The notes under the pieces were generated by a model. That model searched no databases. It saw only the letters and a program-made list of their open reading frames with translations, and had not been told where the DNA came from. Made by a program: the position numbers and the translations under genes. A stretch of DNA of 32,000 bases from Pyrodictium abyssi (lineage in GTDB: Archaea > Thermoproteota > Thermoprotei_A > Sulfolobales > Pyrodictiaceae), in NCBI RefSeq assembly GCF_036323395.1, contig NZ_AP028907.1, forward strand, positions 90,001 through 122,000, in the 5' to 3' direction. Every line of letters begins with the position of its first letter. Positions within the stretch are counted from its first letter, which is position 1. This document shows, in pieces, positions 8,742-17,465 of the stretch.

Positions 8742-9959
8742 TTAGCCGCGTAGGCCACGGGCCTTGGCTGCTGCGAGGCTGTGGAGGCTCCATATCGTTA
8801 TGAAGCCGCGGGCTTCCTCGTCGCTCGGATACCAGCCGTGGTTGTAGTCTATCGTCTCGCGGCTGTAGCTGCTGTAGGGGCTCCAGCGGCCGACTACGCG
8901 GAGGCTACCCTTGTAGACCTTGACCTTGACTACCCCGGTCACCCAGCGGTTAAGCTCGTCAATGGCTTTCTCTATGGTGGCGCGTAGGGGCTCTATCCAG
9001 AGGCCCTGGTAGACTAGGTCGCTCCACTCCTGGTCTAGGATCCTCTTGAACCTTAGCTCCTTCGGGGTGTATACGGTCTTTTCGAGGTCCTTGTGTGCCT
9101 CTATTAGTGTGAGCGCGGCAGGCGCCTCGTATACTTCCCTGCTCTTGAGCCCTACGACACGGTTCTCTATGTGGTCTACCCTGCCGTAGCCGTGAGCGCC
9201 TACGAGCCTATTCAGCATTGACACTATCTTCACGAGGTCCATTTTCTCCCCGTTGACGGACACCGGTATGCCCTTCTCGAAGCCTATCTCGAGGTAGAGT
9301 GGCTGGTCGGGAGCCTTCTCCGGGGCCACTGTCCAGGCGAACGCGTCCTCTGGGGGCTCTGTGAGAGGGTCGTCTAGGGGTCCTCCCTCGATGCTACGGC
9401 TCCACAGGTTCTCGTCTATGCTGTAGGTCTTGTGGCGCCCTGGCGGCTGGAACCCGTTCCTCCGCAGTATCTCAGCGGCCTGAGCACGGGTGAGCCCTAG
9501 CTCGCGAACCGGGGCGATAATCTTAATGTCGTCGCCTAGGTAGTACTTGAGCACCGTGTCGAACCTTACCTGGTCGTTGCCCTTCGAGGTGCACCCGTGG
9601 GCTACAGCGTCGGCGCCCTCCTTCTTGGCTATCTCCGCCACCTTCTCTGCTATTAGTGGCCGTGCCAGGGCCGTGCCCAGGGGGTACTTGTCCTCGTAGA
9701 GCCCATTAGCCTTGATAGCCATTGATACGTACTTCTCGGCAAACTCCTCGACAGCGTTTATAGTATAGTGCTTCGCGGCGCCCAGCTTGTAGGCCTTCTC
9801 CTCTATGCCCTCGAGCTCCTCCTCCTGGCCCACGGATACCGTGACTGTTATGACCTCGTGGCCCTGCTCGCGGAGAAGCGCAAGTATAGCCGATGTGTCA
9901 AGACCCCCCGAGTAAGCGAGCACAACCTTCAACGTTGCCGCCCCAGCCTGGTGGGACAC
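8742..9959 (-). CDS. argG: argininosuccinate synthase
   Basis: [11 protein letters not shown] (the N-type ATP-PPase P-loop), [13 protein letters not shown] and [14 protein letters not shown] are present. The track start is GTG at 9959. TTG at 9932 would give the classical [15 protein letters not shown]-terminus and fits better with a TTTTAA box (comp. 9977-9972) about 42 nt upstream. Confidence 0.95.
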   Translation of the reverse strand: MSHQAGAATLKVVLAYSGGLDTSAILALLREQGHEVITVTVSVGQEEELEGIEEKAYKLGAAKHYTINAVEEFAEKYVSMAIKANGLYEDKYPLGTALARPLIAEKVAEIAKKEGADAVAHGCTSKGNDQVRFDTVLKYYLGDDIKIIAPVRELGLTRAQAAEILRRNGFQPPGRHKTYSIDENLWSRSIEGGPLDDPLTEPPEDAFAWTVAPEKAPDQPLYLEIGFEKGIPVSVNGEKMDLVKIVSMLNRLVGAHGYGRVDHIENRVVGLKSREVYEAPAALTLIEAHKDLEKTVYTPKELRFKRILDQEWSDLVYQGLWIEPLRATIEKAIDELNRWVTGVVKVKVYKGSLRVVGRWSPYSSYSRETIDYNHGWYPSDEEARGFITIWSLHSLAAAKARGLRG

Positions 9960-10000
9960 TGGTACCAGCTGTTAAAACACGTGTATCGTTCATTACACAT

Positions 10001-10014
10001 AGGAATATATTCCT
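10001..10014. promoter_or_regulatory. perfect 14-bp AT-cored palindrome AGGAATATATTCCT in the argG / ACT-protein divergent promoter
   Basis: Read directly from the sequence. It is flanked by a roughly concentric inverted repeat, CCAGCTGT (9965-9972) and ACAGCTGG (10048-10055), and by a second palindrome, ACACGTGT (9977-9984). It could be a TATA element, an operator, or both. Confidence 0.35.
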
Positions 10015-10059
10015 CTTGCATCTGTTTCACAGAACACCAGATGTTACACAGCTGGCTAG

Positions 10060-10782
10060 GTGGCACAGACAATGGCTGCCCAGAGCTTCTCGGAGATAGT
10101 ACGTAGGCTTGTTGACGCTGACCCGTGTGTACAGGAGTGCCTAGCCCGGGGGATAGCTAACTACTCCGAGCTAGCCCGCAGGATAAAGCCAGTAGCCGAG
10201 AAGGAGGCCGGGCGCAGCGCCAGCCTTGAGGCCATAAAGGCCGCCCTGGTACGCTACGCGTCGAGGCTACGCGAGCGGGGTACGCAGACGCCCCAGAGGA
10301 AGCTACTAGAGGTGCTCGCAAAGAGCGCCCTAGAGCTGCGTACGGGGGTCACAGTAGCCACGGTCAAGCTCCACGCACTGCCCCAGCTCGCCGAGGCCGC
10401 CGCAGAGCTGGCTGGGCGAACCCGGCTACTATTCCTCATGCAGAGTATCTCCAGCGTAACCATAACCGTCAGCAGCGAGTACTTCGGCTACATAGAGCGC
10501 CGTGTAGGCCGCGAGAACTTCATAGAAATATACCCAGACCAGGCGGTACTCGTGATAGTCAGCCCACCCTCCGTGGTAGAGACCCAGGGCTTCGTAGCAC
10601 ACATAACCAGCATACTGGCCAGGAACGGTATCAACATAAACCAGATAGAGTCAGTGTACACTGATACCATACTCGTGCTCGGCCTAGACGACGCCCTCAA
10701 GGCCTTCCAGCTGCTACGAGAAGCGATAGAGGTCGCTAAGAGGAGCCTAGAGGAGGCACAGAGAAGGGAGGAGAAAGACTAG
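10060..10782 (+). CDS. ACT-domain protein, predicted amino-acid-sensing regulator (recalled as COG2150-like)
   Basis: The C-terminal half has the ACT pattern: VTITVSSEYF..., AVLVIVSP....QGFVAHITSILARNGININQIESVYTDTILVLGLDDALKAFQLL. The N-terminal ~70 aa are helical (SFSEIVRRLV...IANYSELARRI). The track start is GTG at 10060; ATG at 10072 is the more likely start. Confidence 0.6.
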   Translation: MAQTMAAQSFSEIVRRLVDADPCVQECLARGIANYSELARRIKPVAEKEAGRSASLEAIKAALVRYASRLRERGTQTPQRKLLEVLAKSALELRTGVTVATVKLHALPQLAEAAAELAGRTRLLFLMQSISSVTITVSSEYFGYIERRVGRENFIEIYPDQAVLVIVSPPSVVETQGFVAHITSILARNGININQIESVYTDTILVLGLDDALKAFQLLREAIEVAKRSLEEAQRREEKD

Positions 10783-10790
10783 ACCCGCGC

Positions 10791-11861
10791 CTAGAATACC
10801 TGTTCTACCAGCTTGTAGTAGAGCTCTGCTATCAGCACACCGGTGCCCGCCGCGCCTCGTAGCGTGTTATGGCCTAGCACCATGTACCTCAGCAGGGGCT
10901 CGCCCTCGAATGGCAGTGCAGCCCTGCCCACGACGACGCTCATGCCGCGGCCCGTCTTGCGGTCGAGGCGCGGCTGTGGCCGGTTGGGTTCGCGGCGCAC
11001 TACTACCGGCTTCTCCGGGGCTGTGGGGAGCTGTAGCTCCTGGGGCGTGCTCCTCCACGTGTCCCAGGTTTCGAGTACCTCCTCTATGCTACCGGGCGTC
11101 TTGGAGAGCCTGGCTACGACGCTCTCTAGGTGGCCGTCTAGGACGGGTACCCTAGTGGTGGTGGCTACTACGCGGAAGTCTGCGTACTTCACCTCGCCGT
11201 CCTCGAGCCTGCCGAGTATTTTGCGGCTCTCGCGTACAACCTTCTCCTCCTCGCCCTTTATGAAGGGCAGAATGTTGTCCGTAATAGCGTAGCCTGGTAC
11301 GCCGCTGAACCCTGCGCCGCTTATCGCCTGCATGCTGGTCATGTAGACCTCCTCTAGCCCGTACCGGTCCATTATCGGCTTGAGGCTTAGTGTCAGCACT
11401 GCTGTGGTGCAGTTGGGCACCTTCATTATTGCGCCTCTCCAGCCCCGGCGCTTGCGCTGCAGCTCTATGAGCCGTATGTGCTCCCAGTTAGCCTCGGGGT
11501 TCAATAGGGGCACGTCGGGCTCCATGCGGAACACGTTAGCGTTCGATACCACTATCTTGCCCATTCTCGCTAGCTCTAGCTCTATCTCGCCCGCTACTTC
11601 CTTGGGGAGCGCCACGAAGACTAGGTCTACGTCACGGAGAGCCTCCGCCTTAGTAGGCCTTATTTCGAGCCCGGCTGCCTCCTCGGGGAATGGCTCGTCT
11701 ATGTACCACTCGACCGTTTCCCCGTAGCGCTTGCCGACGCGTCTCTCGCTGGCAGTGACCGCTTCTAGCCGGAACCAGGGGTGCCTGGTGAGCAGGTGGA
11801 CGAACCTCTGCCCGACGAGGCCTGTGGCTCCGAGTACTGCTGCCTTCAGCTTGTCTGCCAC
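10791..11861 (-). CDS. asd: aspartate-semialdehyde dehydrogenase
   Basis: AAVLGATGLVGQRF Rossmann motif, active-site VPNCTTAVL, and MQAISGAGF. The GTG start overlaps the aspartate kinase 3' end by 16 nt. The neighbouring ask and hom argue against the malonyl-CoA reductase paralogue. Confidence 0.9.
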   Translation of the reverse strand: MADKLKAAVLGATGLVGQRFVHLLTRHPWFRLEAVTASERRVGKRYGETVEWYIDEPFPEEAAGLEIRPTKAEALRDVDLVFVALPKEVAGEIELELARMGKIVVSNANVFRMEPDVPLLNPEANWEHIRLIELQRKRRGWRGAIMKVPNCTTAVLTLSLKPIMDRYGLEEVYMTSMQAISGAGFSGVPGYAITDNILPFIKGEEEKVVRESRKILGRLEDGEVKYADFRVVATTTRVPVLDGHLESVVARLSKTPGSIEEVLETWDTWRSTPQELQLPTAPEKPVVVRREPNRPQPRLDRKTGRGMSVVVGRAALPFEGEPLLRYMVLGHNTLRGAAGTGVLIAELYYKLVEQVF

Positions 11862-13228
11862 TGCGAGACCACCTCCTCGTGGAGCTGCTCGGCTATAGTC
11901 CAGGCCTCGCTGGGCTCAACAAATGTTACGAGTATAGGGCTGCCCGGGGCCCAGAGTATACTCTTTACACCCCCGAGGCCGGCAGCCCGCTCTACTATCC
12001 TGCTCGAGATCCTGGGCTCGCGGAGCCCGTCGCCGACCACGCTGACCGCTGAGGCCTCCTCGACGTCTACGCGGGAGACTATGTGCTCTAGCTCCTCGGA
12101 GAGCGCTGCTGCGAGCTTCTCGGCGTAGCGGCGGCGGACTACCAGGCTTATCCGGGTCTCGGTGATAGGCTGCATTATAGCGAGTATGTTTATGCCTAGC
12201 TTCGCCGCCACGCCAGTAACCTTCGCCGCCGTGCCTATCCTGCCGACGAGGCCTCCACCGGTGACCGTGACTAGGGATACGTCGTCGTTCACTACTACGG
12301 CCTTTAGCGGGGGTCCGCCACCCCTGCTGTCTACGAGTGTAGCCTGGTTTGCGCCCGGCATGGTTATCCTTATCCTTGTCTCGGTGCCCATGACTGGCTC
12401 AAAGGTCTTCGGGTGCATCCTCTTCGCGCCCAGGAGTGCGAGCTCCATCGCCTCGGCGAAGCTGAGCCGCTCTATCACCTTGGCGTTCTTTATCTTGCGG
12501 GGGTCAGCAGTCATCACACCCGGCACGTCGGTGAAGAGTATGACCTCCTCTGCCTGTAGGAAGCGGCCGAGCAGTGTCGCAGTGTAGTCGCTGCCGCCAC
12601 GGCCTAGGAGAACCGTGCGGCCCTCCCGTGTCCCGGCGACAAAGCCGGTGACCACGGGCACAACATTACGCTCTATTAGTGGTGTCAGCTTCTTGCGGAC
12701 CATCTCCTCGGAGGCCGGGTAGTCTACAGTGGCCTCCCAGGGGTCGCCCTCGGCTATGATGCCTGCCTCGCGTCCCCCGAGCCACACGGCCTCTATGCCG
12801 TTACTCCGGAGCACTGCGGCCATGAGTGCTGCTGAGAGGCGCTCGCCGAACGAGACTATTGCCGCCCGCGCGTTGGGCGTGGCTTCGCCTATTACCTTGA
12901 CCGCCCAGACGAGCTTGAATAGCTCGTCGAAGAGCCTGCTGAGCTCGCCTAGCACGTTTGTTAGCTCCCGCTCGCTGTTCACGGCGCCGCGGGCAGCCGA
13001 GTAGTAGCGCTCCATTATCCTCCGGAGCCGGGGCTCCCAGCCACTAGGTCTCTCGACGATGTCTATCAGCTCGTCGGTCACACCCTTCATAGCGGAGACT
13101 ACTACTGCTACCCGGCGTCCTCTCTGACGGAGCTCCGCGACCTCCTGCGCCGCTGTTATGTAGCCGGAGGCGTCGCGGAGCAGCGAGCCACCGAACTTTG
13201 CTACAACCAGGCCCTCTATCGCCGCCAT
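11846..13228 (-). CDS. lysC: aspartate kinase with C-terminal ACT domains
   Basis: VAKFGGSLL, GRGGSDYTAT and FTDVPGVMTADPR are present, followed by two ACT-like repeats (VSLVTVTG..., SAVSVVGDG...). ATG at 13228 lies directly after the hom stop. Confidence 0.9.
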   Translation of the reverse strand: MAAIEGLVVAKFGGSLLRDASGYITAAQEVAELRQRGRRVAVVVSAMKGVTDELIDIVERPSGWEPRLRRIMERYYSAARGAVNSERELTNVLGELSRLFDELFKLVWAVKVIGEATPNARAAIVSFGERLSAALMAAVLRSNGIEAVWLGGREAGIIAEGDPWEATVDYPASEEMVRKKLTPLIERNVVPVVTGFVAGTREGRTVLLGRGGSDYTATLLGRFLQAEEVILFTDVPGVMTADPRKIKNAKVIERLSFAEAMELALLGAKRMHPKTFEPVMGTETRIRITMPGANQATLVDSRGGGPPLKAVVVNDDVSLVTVTGGGLVGRIGTAAKVTGVAAKLGINILAIMQPITETRISLVVRRRYAEKLAAALSEELEHIVSRVDVEEASAVSVVGDGLREPRISSRIVERAAGLGGVKSILWAPGSPILVTFVEPSEAWTIAEQLHEEVVSQWQTS

Positions 13229-13229
13229 A

Positions 13230-14258
13230 CTATACCACCCCTAGCGAGTATGCCGACGAGACGAGGTCGCTGAGCAGGGCAGAAGCTGTAGCGGAGAGGC
13301 CCGCCCCAGGGCCTACTAGGGTGATTGGCTCGGCCTCAGCCGTCTCTATGAACACGGCGTTGTTTATCCCGTCGACCCGGTATAGAGGGTTCTCGGGGCC
13401 GACCTCGACGAGCTTCACTACCGCTCTCCCCGCACCGGGCTCGACTAGCGCGACGTACTTGAGTCTCCTCCCCCGGGCGGCAGCCTCCGCAGCGCGGCGG
13501 AAAGCATCTTCGTCGACCCGGTCCAGGCGCTCAACCTCGAAGACTGTCTTCGGCACACCTAGCGTACACGAGACTATGGCTGCTTTGGCTGCTAGGTCGA
13601 AGCCCTCTAGGTCGGCGCTCGGGTCGGGCTCAGCGTAGCCCTTGTTCTGCGCGTCGCGGACAGCCTCCTCGAAGCTCATACCCTGCTCGGCTAGCCCAAG
13701 GACGTAGTTAGTGGTGCCGTTCAGTATACCCTGTACCCGGGCCACCACGCGGCCAGCAAGACCCCAGCGTAGCACGTCTATGAGCGGGGTCCCCGCCATC
13801 ACCGTGGCCTTGTAGAATATGCGCCGGCCCCACGAGCCCCAGAGGAGCCGGCCACAGCTGGTCGCCAGCGGGGCCTTATCGGCCGCTACCACCGCGCCAC
13901 CAGAGGAGAGCACACGCTCGTACCAGGACAGAGCCTCGCCAGGGGAGTCATAGCGGCTAGGAGTCACATCCACGAGGACATCAATGCTAAACCTCTCTAT
14001 GGCCTCGCTGACGTTGCCCTGCACTCCGCCCTCGAGCCGCGAGACCCCGCCACGGGGTGCCGCGAGAGCCTTCTCGACAGTGTTCCAGGGCAGCCCCGTG
14101 GCCGAGCCCAGGAACCCCCTACTATCGGCTATGAATACGAGCTGGGGCTCGAAGCCATAGAGCTCCTGGAGCCGCCTACTCCGCTCCATGAGCATTCTGG
14201 TGAATGCTCTCCCGACGTTACCGAAGCCCGCAAGCCCTACGCGGAGTACACGCGTCAC
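13230..14258 (-). CDS. hom: homoserine dehydrogenase
   Basis: GLAGFGNVGRAF NAD-binding motif, ILNGTTNYVL, GYAEPDPSADLEG.D.A.K and GPGAG are present. Confidence 0.9.
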   Translation of the reverse strand: MTRVLRVGLAGFGNVGRAFTRMLMERSRRLQELYGFEPQLVFIADSRGFLGSATGLPWNTVEKALAAPRGGVSRLEGGVQGNVSEAIERFSIDVLVDVTPSRYDSPGEALSWYERVLSSGGAVVAADKAPLATSCGRLLWGSWGRRIFYKATVMAGTPLIDVLRWGLAGRVVARVQGILNGTTNYVLGLAEQGMSFEEAVRDAQNKGYAEPDPSADLEGFDLAAKAAIVSCTLGVPKTVFEVERLDRVDEDAFRRAAEAAARGRRLKYVALVEPGAGRAVVKLVEVGPENPLYRVDGINNAVFIETAEAEPITLVGPGAGLSATASALLSDLVSSAYSLGVV

Positions 14259-14315
14259 TAGAAGCCCACCAAGGTGGGGCCAGGAGGGAGTGCTCCGGCT
14301 TAAGAACCGCCCGCC

Positions 14316-15059
14316 TCAGCCCTCTCGGCCGCGCGCTGCCTCGGCTACCAGCTGCTCCTCCTTGGCCGCTTCGCCCCGTCTAGCCTGTACACGCTGCAGG
14401 AGGCCACGGAGTATCCCCACAAACCTCATAGGGTCTATGGAGACTATGCCGAGCATCTCGGCGAACCTGCGGACACCCTCATCGTTCGTCACTAGTACTC
14501 CCTGGGTCTCCAGGGCCAGAAGCACAGCGTCGAGGTCTTCCACGCTGTCTAGGATACCGTGCCGTGTCGCCTCCCGGTACCGCTCGCGGAGCCCCCTTAT
14601 CAGGGCGCCCAGCTTCTCCCGCCGAGCCTCGCGGCTAGCCACCTCGCCGGGGTACATGCCGCCCGCCTCGAAGGCGCGGCGAACATGCTCCTCGGCTACG
14701 CGTAGCCCCCTCATCATCCTGTTACGCATCTCCTCGACGTAGACCCTCACGATGGAGGCTGGGAGGCTTAGCTCGTGGCGCGCCGGTGGCTTAATGGTTA
14801 TCCACGTAGCTAGCATCTCGAAGCCCTGCAGCGTGACGCCATTGGCTAGTAGGAAGCGGCGTGCCTCCTCGTAGACGCTTGGCGGCATGTATATCTCTAG
14901 CCCGTAGCGGAGCCGGGCCTCGGCGAGCATATCGGCTAGGACCCGTATAGCCTCGTCTAGGCTGCCCGCGCCTAGCACACCCCGTAGCCGCGGGTCTGTT
15001 ACAGCACTGGTGTCCAGTACGTATATCCTTAGGCGCCTTTGCAGCTTCTCCTCGGCCAT
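14316..15059 (-). CDS. RNA-free (protein-only) RNase P homologue, HARP / PIN_5 (formerly UPF0278)
   Basis: Collinear with Aquifex aeolicus Aq_880 as I remember it: YVLDTSAVTDP, IYMPPSVYEE, IKPP....L.LPA, EEMRNR...GLRVAEEH, LRERYREATRHGILDSVEDLDAVLLALETQGVLVTNDEGVRRFAEMLGIVSIDP.RF..IL. It has an internal insertion and a ~25-aa C-terminal extension relative to the ~190-aa bacterial protein. Confidence 0.8.
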   Translation of the reverse strand: MAEEKLQRRLRIYVLDTSAVTDPRLRGVLGAGSLDEAIRVLADMLAEARLRYGLEIYMPPSVYEEARRFLLANGVTLQGFEMLATWITIKPPARHELSLPASIVRVYVEEMRNRMMRGLRVAEEHVRRAFEAGGMYPGEVASREARREKLGALIRGLRERYREATRHGILDSVEDLDAVLLALETQGVLVTNDEGVRRFAEMLGIVSIDPMRFVGILRGLLQRVQARRGEAAKEEQLVAEAARGREG

Positions 15060-15250
15060 GGCTCACCACCGCTGCTGGCACCACCGGCCCCGGGCCGATA
15101 GGCCTTGGAGAGGCGTTGGCAGCAGCATCTAGCCCCTATACATGGTTGGAGCCAGCACCGATAACACTTGCTCCGCCTAGCCGCCGGGGCACCGGGGTAT
15201 TATAGCCGCCTAGCCCCGGGTCTACGACTCCGCGGAGGCACCGGGGAGCC

Positions 15251-15901
15251 TTGCTGGTCTCGAGGCTTGCCGCACTGCAGGGAGCCCTGGCGTTCACCTC
15301 TCTACTAGCCCTACTGGCGGTTGCTACAGCCCCCACCGGCCCCCTGCTGGCACGGGTGGCAGAGTTCCTCGTAGCGGCGTCGGTCGTGTCAGCGTTATCC
15401 ACGTGGATGATGGCGCGCAGCTTCTCGGAGGCTCTTTCCAGGGCGCTCTCAAAGGTCTCTAGCGTGCCGGTGAAGCAGCTAGGTCCCCGCGGCGCCACCG
15501 ACGCCGCCATAGTGGCCCAGAGCGTCGCGGGGCTCGAACAAGTGGCTAGCTTGTGGCCGGTGGCAGCAGCCGGGCTAGGCGCCGCGGGGATAGTTACCTC
15601 GATCCTCTCCTACTACATGGCTCGGCGGGGATGCCGGGCCCTCATAAGGCTTGCCGAGAGACTCGGGGCCGAGCCGCCCTGTAGGAGCCCGCCCGGGCTA
15701 AGCGTAGCCGCTGCCTCGTCGATAACGCTCATGGGGCTGGGGGCATCGGCGCTCCTCGTCGCGCCTAGCTACCACAGGGTGGCAGAGTGCATAGAGGCTA
15801 CAGGAGCGGCCATAGAGGAGCAGCTCCGTACAGCCCAGGCCGAGAGCAGGGAGCAGGAAGGCAATGGTGGACGCGATGACGCGGCAGAGGTGCAGCCTTA
15901 G
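15251..15901 (+). CDS. hypothetical membrane protein (Ala/Leu-rich, several predicted TM helices)
   Basis: A 216-aa ORF with hydrophobic segments and codon use (ATA, AGG, CTC) like neighbouring genes. TTG start. It competes with a 124-aa antisense ORF (15136-15510). No recognisable motifs. Confidence 0.4.
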   Translation: MLVSRLAALQGALAFTSLLALLAVATAPTGPLLARVAEFLVAASVVSALSTWMMARSFSEALSRALSKVSSVPVKQLGPRGATDAAIVAQSVAGLEQVASLWPVAAAGLGAAGIVTSILSYYMARRGCRALIRLAERLGAEPPCRSPPGLSVAAASSITLMGLGASALLVAPSYHRVAECIEATGAAIEEQLRTAQAESREQEGNGGRDDAAEVQP

Positions 15902-16100
15902 GATAGCGGCACTCATCGTAGGCTACCTTGTCTACCTCCTGCTCCTGTTTAGCCCCCGGACGAGCGAGTACGTGGTAAAAGCCTCGCTTGCGTTCCTCTT
16001 CGGCGCACTAGCCTACATGGCTGCGATGTACCTGCGAGCCTCGTGTAGCAGGCCCAGCGTAGGCTCCACGGAGAGGCTTACATGCACACCCGTGGGCTAG
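15864..16100 (+). CDS. hypothetical small two-TM membrane protein
   Basis: A 78-aa ORF with two hydrophobic helices (IAALIVGYLVYLLLLF, ASLAFLFGALAYMAAMYL). It overlaps the upstream ORF by 38 nt. No family recognised. Confidence 0.3.
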   Translation: MVDAMTRQRCSLRIAALIVGYLVYLLLLFSPRTSEYVVKASLAFLFGALAYMAAMYLRASCSRPSVGSTERLTCTPVG

Positions 16101-16154
16101 CCCCAGGGGCCCCTCTCTACCCGTAGGTCCCTGGCACCTGTGGCGAGCCCCGGG

Positions 16155-17327
16155 CTAGTCTATGGGTGTTAACCCGGTCTCGAGCATCTTGCGTACCTGT
16201 ATCCACGTCTCCTTCATCTTGCGCATCCTAGCCCGGAGGAAGCCGTTCTCCTCACGCGCCTCGACGAGCACTATGTCGACGCCGAGACCCTGCATGTAGT
16301 CTATGAACTCCTCTAGCTCGTCGCGGCCCGCGAACTCTAGCTCAAACTCCTCGTACACCATGTCTCCGGCTGCTACCTTCTTTACAGTCTCCACAGCAGG
16401 CTGTAGCGCTGCCCGGCCAAGCTCCAGCGCCACTGCGTCCAGCTTCGGGCCGCTTAGGCCCTCCTCGTACGCCCGGAATATCTCTCGGAGTAGCCTCGAG
16501 AAGAGGAAGCCACGGCCCTCCTCCATGAAGAACCTCATCCCGTACCTTATGTCGCCGATGTTAGTTGCCGGTGTAGTGTACTTGAGTGGCGGCACCCTGT
16601 ACTCCGGGTCCTTCACCACTACGCCCTCGCGGCCCTCCATGTTGAGCCTCTCTATTATCTTCTTGAAGCCCTCGATGTCGTTCTTGTCTAGCACGCCTAG
16701 CACCGGCACGTGCGGGACGGAATGCTTCTCGGTAATCTCGTCGCGGCGGCTGGGCGGTAGGGGCTTGTCCCCGCGGAACACGTCGAAGACGAAGTAGCCG
16801 AAGCGGGGCGCTTCTGGGTAGAAGTAGCGTGTGTAGGGGTTCTCGAGGCCTATTACCTCTCCCGCTACTACGTGGTCCTCTGGGCCGAGCTCGCGGAGCA
16901 TAGCCTTCAGCTTGTCGCCGAGCACGCGCTCTAGCCTAGACGTCGTGTAGGGGCATATGAAGCCTCCGCGTGTGACAGCCACTATTCTATCGTCTATGAG
17001 GGCTACGCGCACGTTGTAGCCGTTAAGCTTCTCCTCGACCACTATCTTGTCCACGAAGTGGCGTGGGAGCGCCACGCTCGGGAGGACCATCCTCTGTATG
17101 GACGGGTAGCCGGGGATTAGCCTCCACCATCCCCGGCCGAAGACTATCGTGGTGCCCTCCGGGTAGCCAGCTACCTCGCGGCGTAGTGAGGCGTAGAGGA
17201 GCCCGCGGAACACCCGGTACCTTATCGTGCGGTGCCGCGCGAGGTGCTCCACGCGCTCCCTCGCTATGCCGAGAGCGTCGGCGACTACGTCTATCATCCA
17301 GGACTCTGGGCGGTGAATCCAGCTCAA
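16155..17327 (-). CDS. ATP-dependent RNA ligase, archaeal Rnl3 (Pab1020/MthRnl) family
   Basis: Nucleotidyltransferase motif I is EEKLNGYNVR (lysine adenylylation site). Also present are GEVIG, FVFDV and EGVVVKDP.....LKY. The ~390-aa size and C-terminal dimerisation-like domain match the archaeal homodimeric RNA ligases. Confidence 0.85.
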   Translation of the reverse strand: MSWIHRPESWMIDVVADALGIARERVEHLARHRTIRYRVFRGLLYASLRREVAGYPEGTTIVFGRGWWRLIPGYPSIQRMVLPSVALPRHFVDKIVVEEKLNGYNVRVALIDDRIVAVTRGGFICPYTTSRLERVLGDKLKAMLRELGPEDHVVAGEVIGLENPYTRYFYPEAPRFGYFVFDVFRGDKPLPPSRRDEITEKHSVPHVPVLGVLDKNDIEGFKKIIERLNMEGREGVVVKDPEYRVPPLKYTTPATNIGDIRYGMRFFMEEGRGFLFSRLLREIFRAYEEGLSGPKLDAVALELGRAALQPAVETVKKVAAGDMVYEEFELEFAGRDELEEFIDYMQGLGVDIVLVEAREENGFLRARMRKMKETWIQVRKMLETGLTPID

Positions 17328-17438
17328 TACATGGCCACCCTACACCGTAGAGGAGCGGAGCTGAGAGAGCCGGGGACAAAACGACGCATAGACATCCGGT
17401 GATGTCCTGCGCACTCACCGGTATGGCGTGTAGGCCTC

Positions 17439-17443
17439 AAAAA
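17439..17443 (-). terminator. oligo-T (T5) tract downstream of the YbjQ-like gene
   Basis: The plus strand reads AAAAA, so the minus strand reads TTTTT, about 23 nt after the stop at 17466-17468. Oligo-T is the known archaeal intrinsic termination signal. Confidence 0.4.
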
Positions 17444-17465
17444 CCATGCCTTGCAGCGCCGGCGT

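Noticed and set aside
657-9000. Many 60-180-aa ORFs antisense to, or frame-shifted within, mpgS, carB, carA, argH and argG (for example 1097-1627 +, 3973-4359 +, 8054-8497 -, 8079-8516 +).
   Set aside because: Their translations are Arg/Pro/Ser/Gly-rich and low-complexity, as expected for spurious open frames in GC-rich DNA. Each is fully nested in a long ORF with strong family motifs.
17328-17465. A hairpin CCGGTGA-N12-TCACCGG (about 17397-17422) and GTGATG near the RNA ligase start, considered as an sRNA or C-box.
   Set aside because: There is no matching D box. The region is adequately explained as the YbjQ terminator (T5) plus the RNA-ligase promoter or leader.
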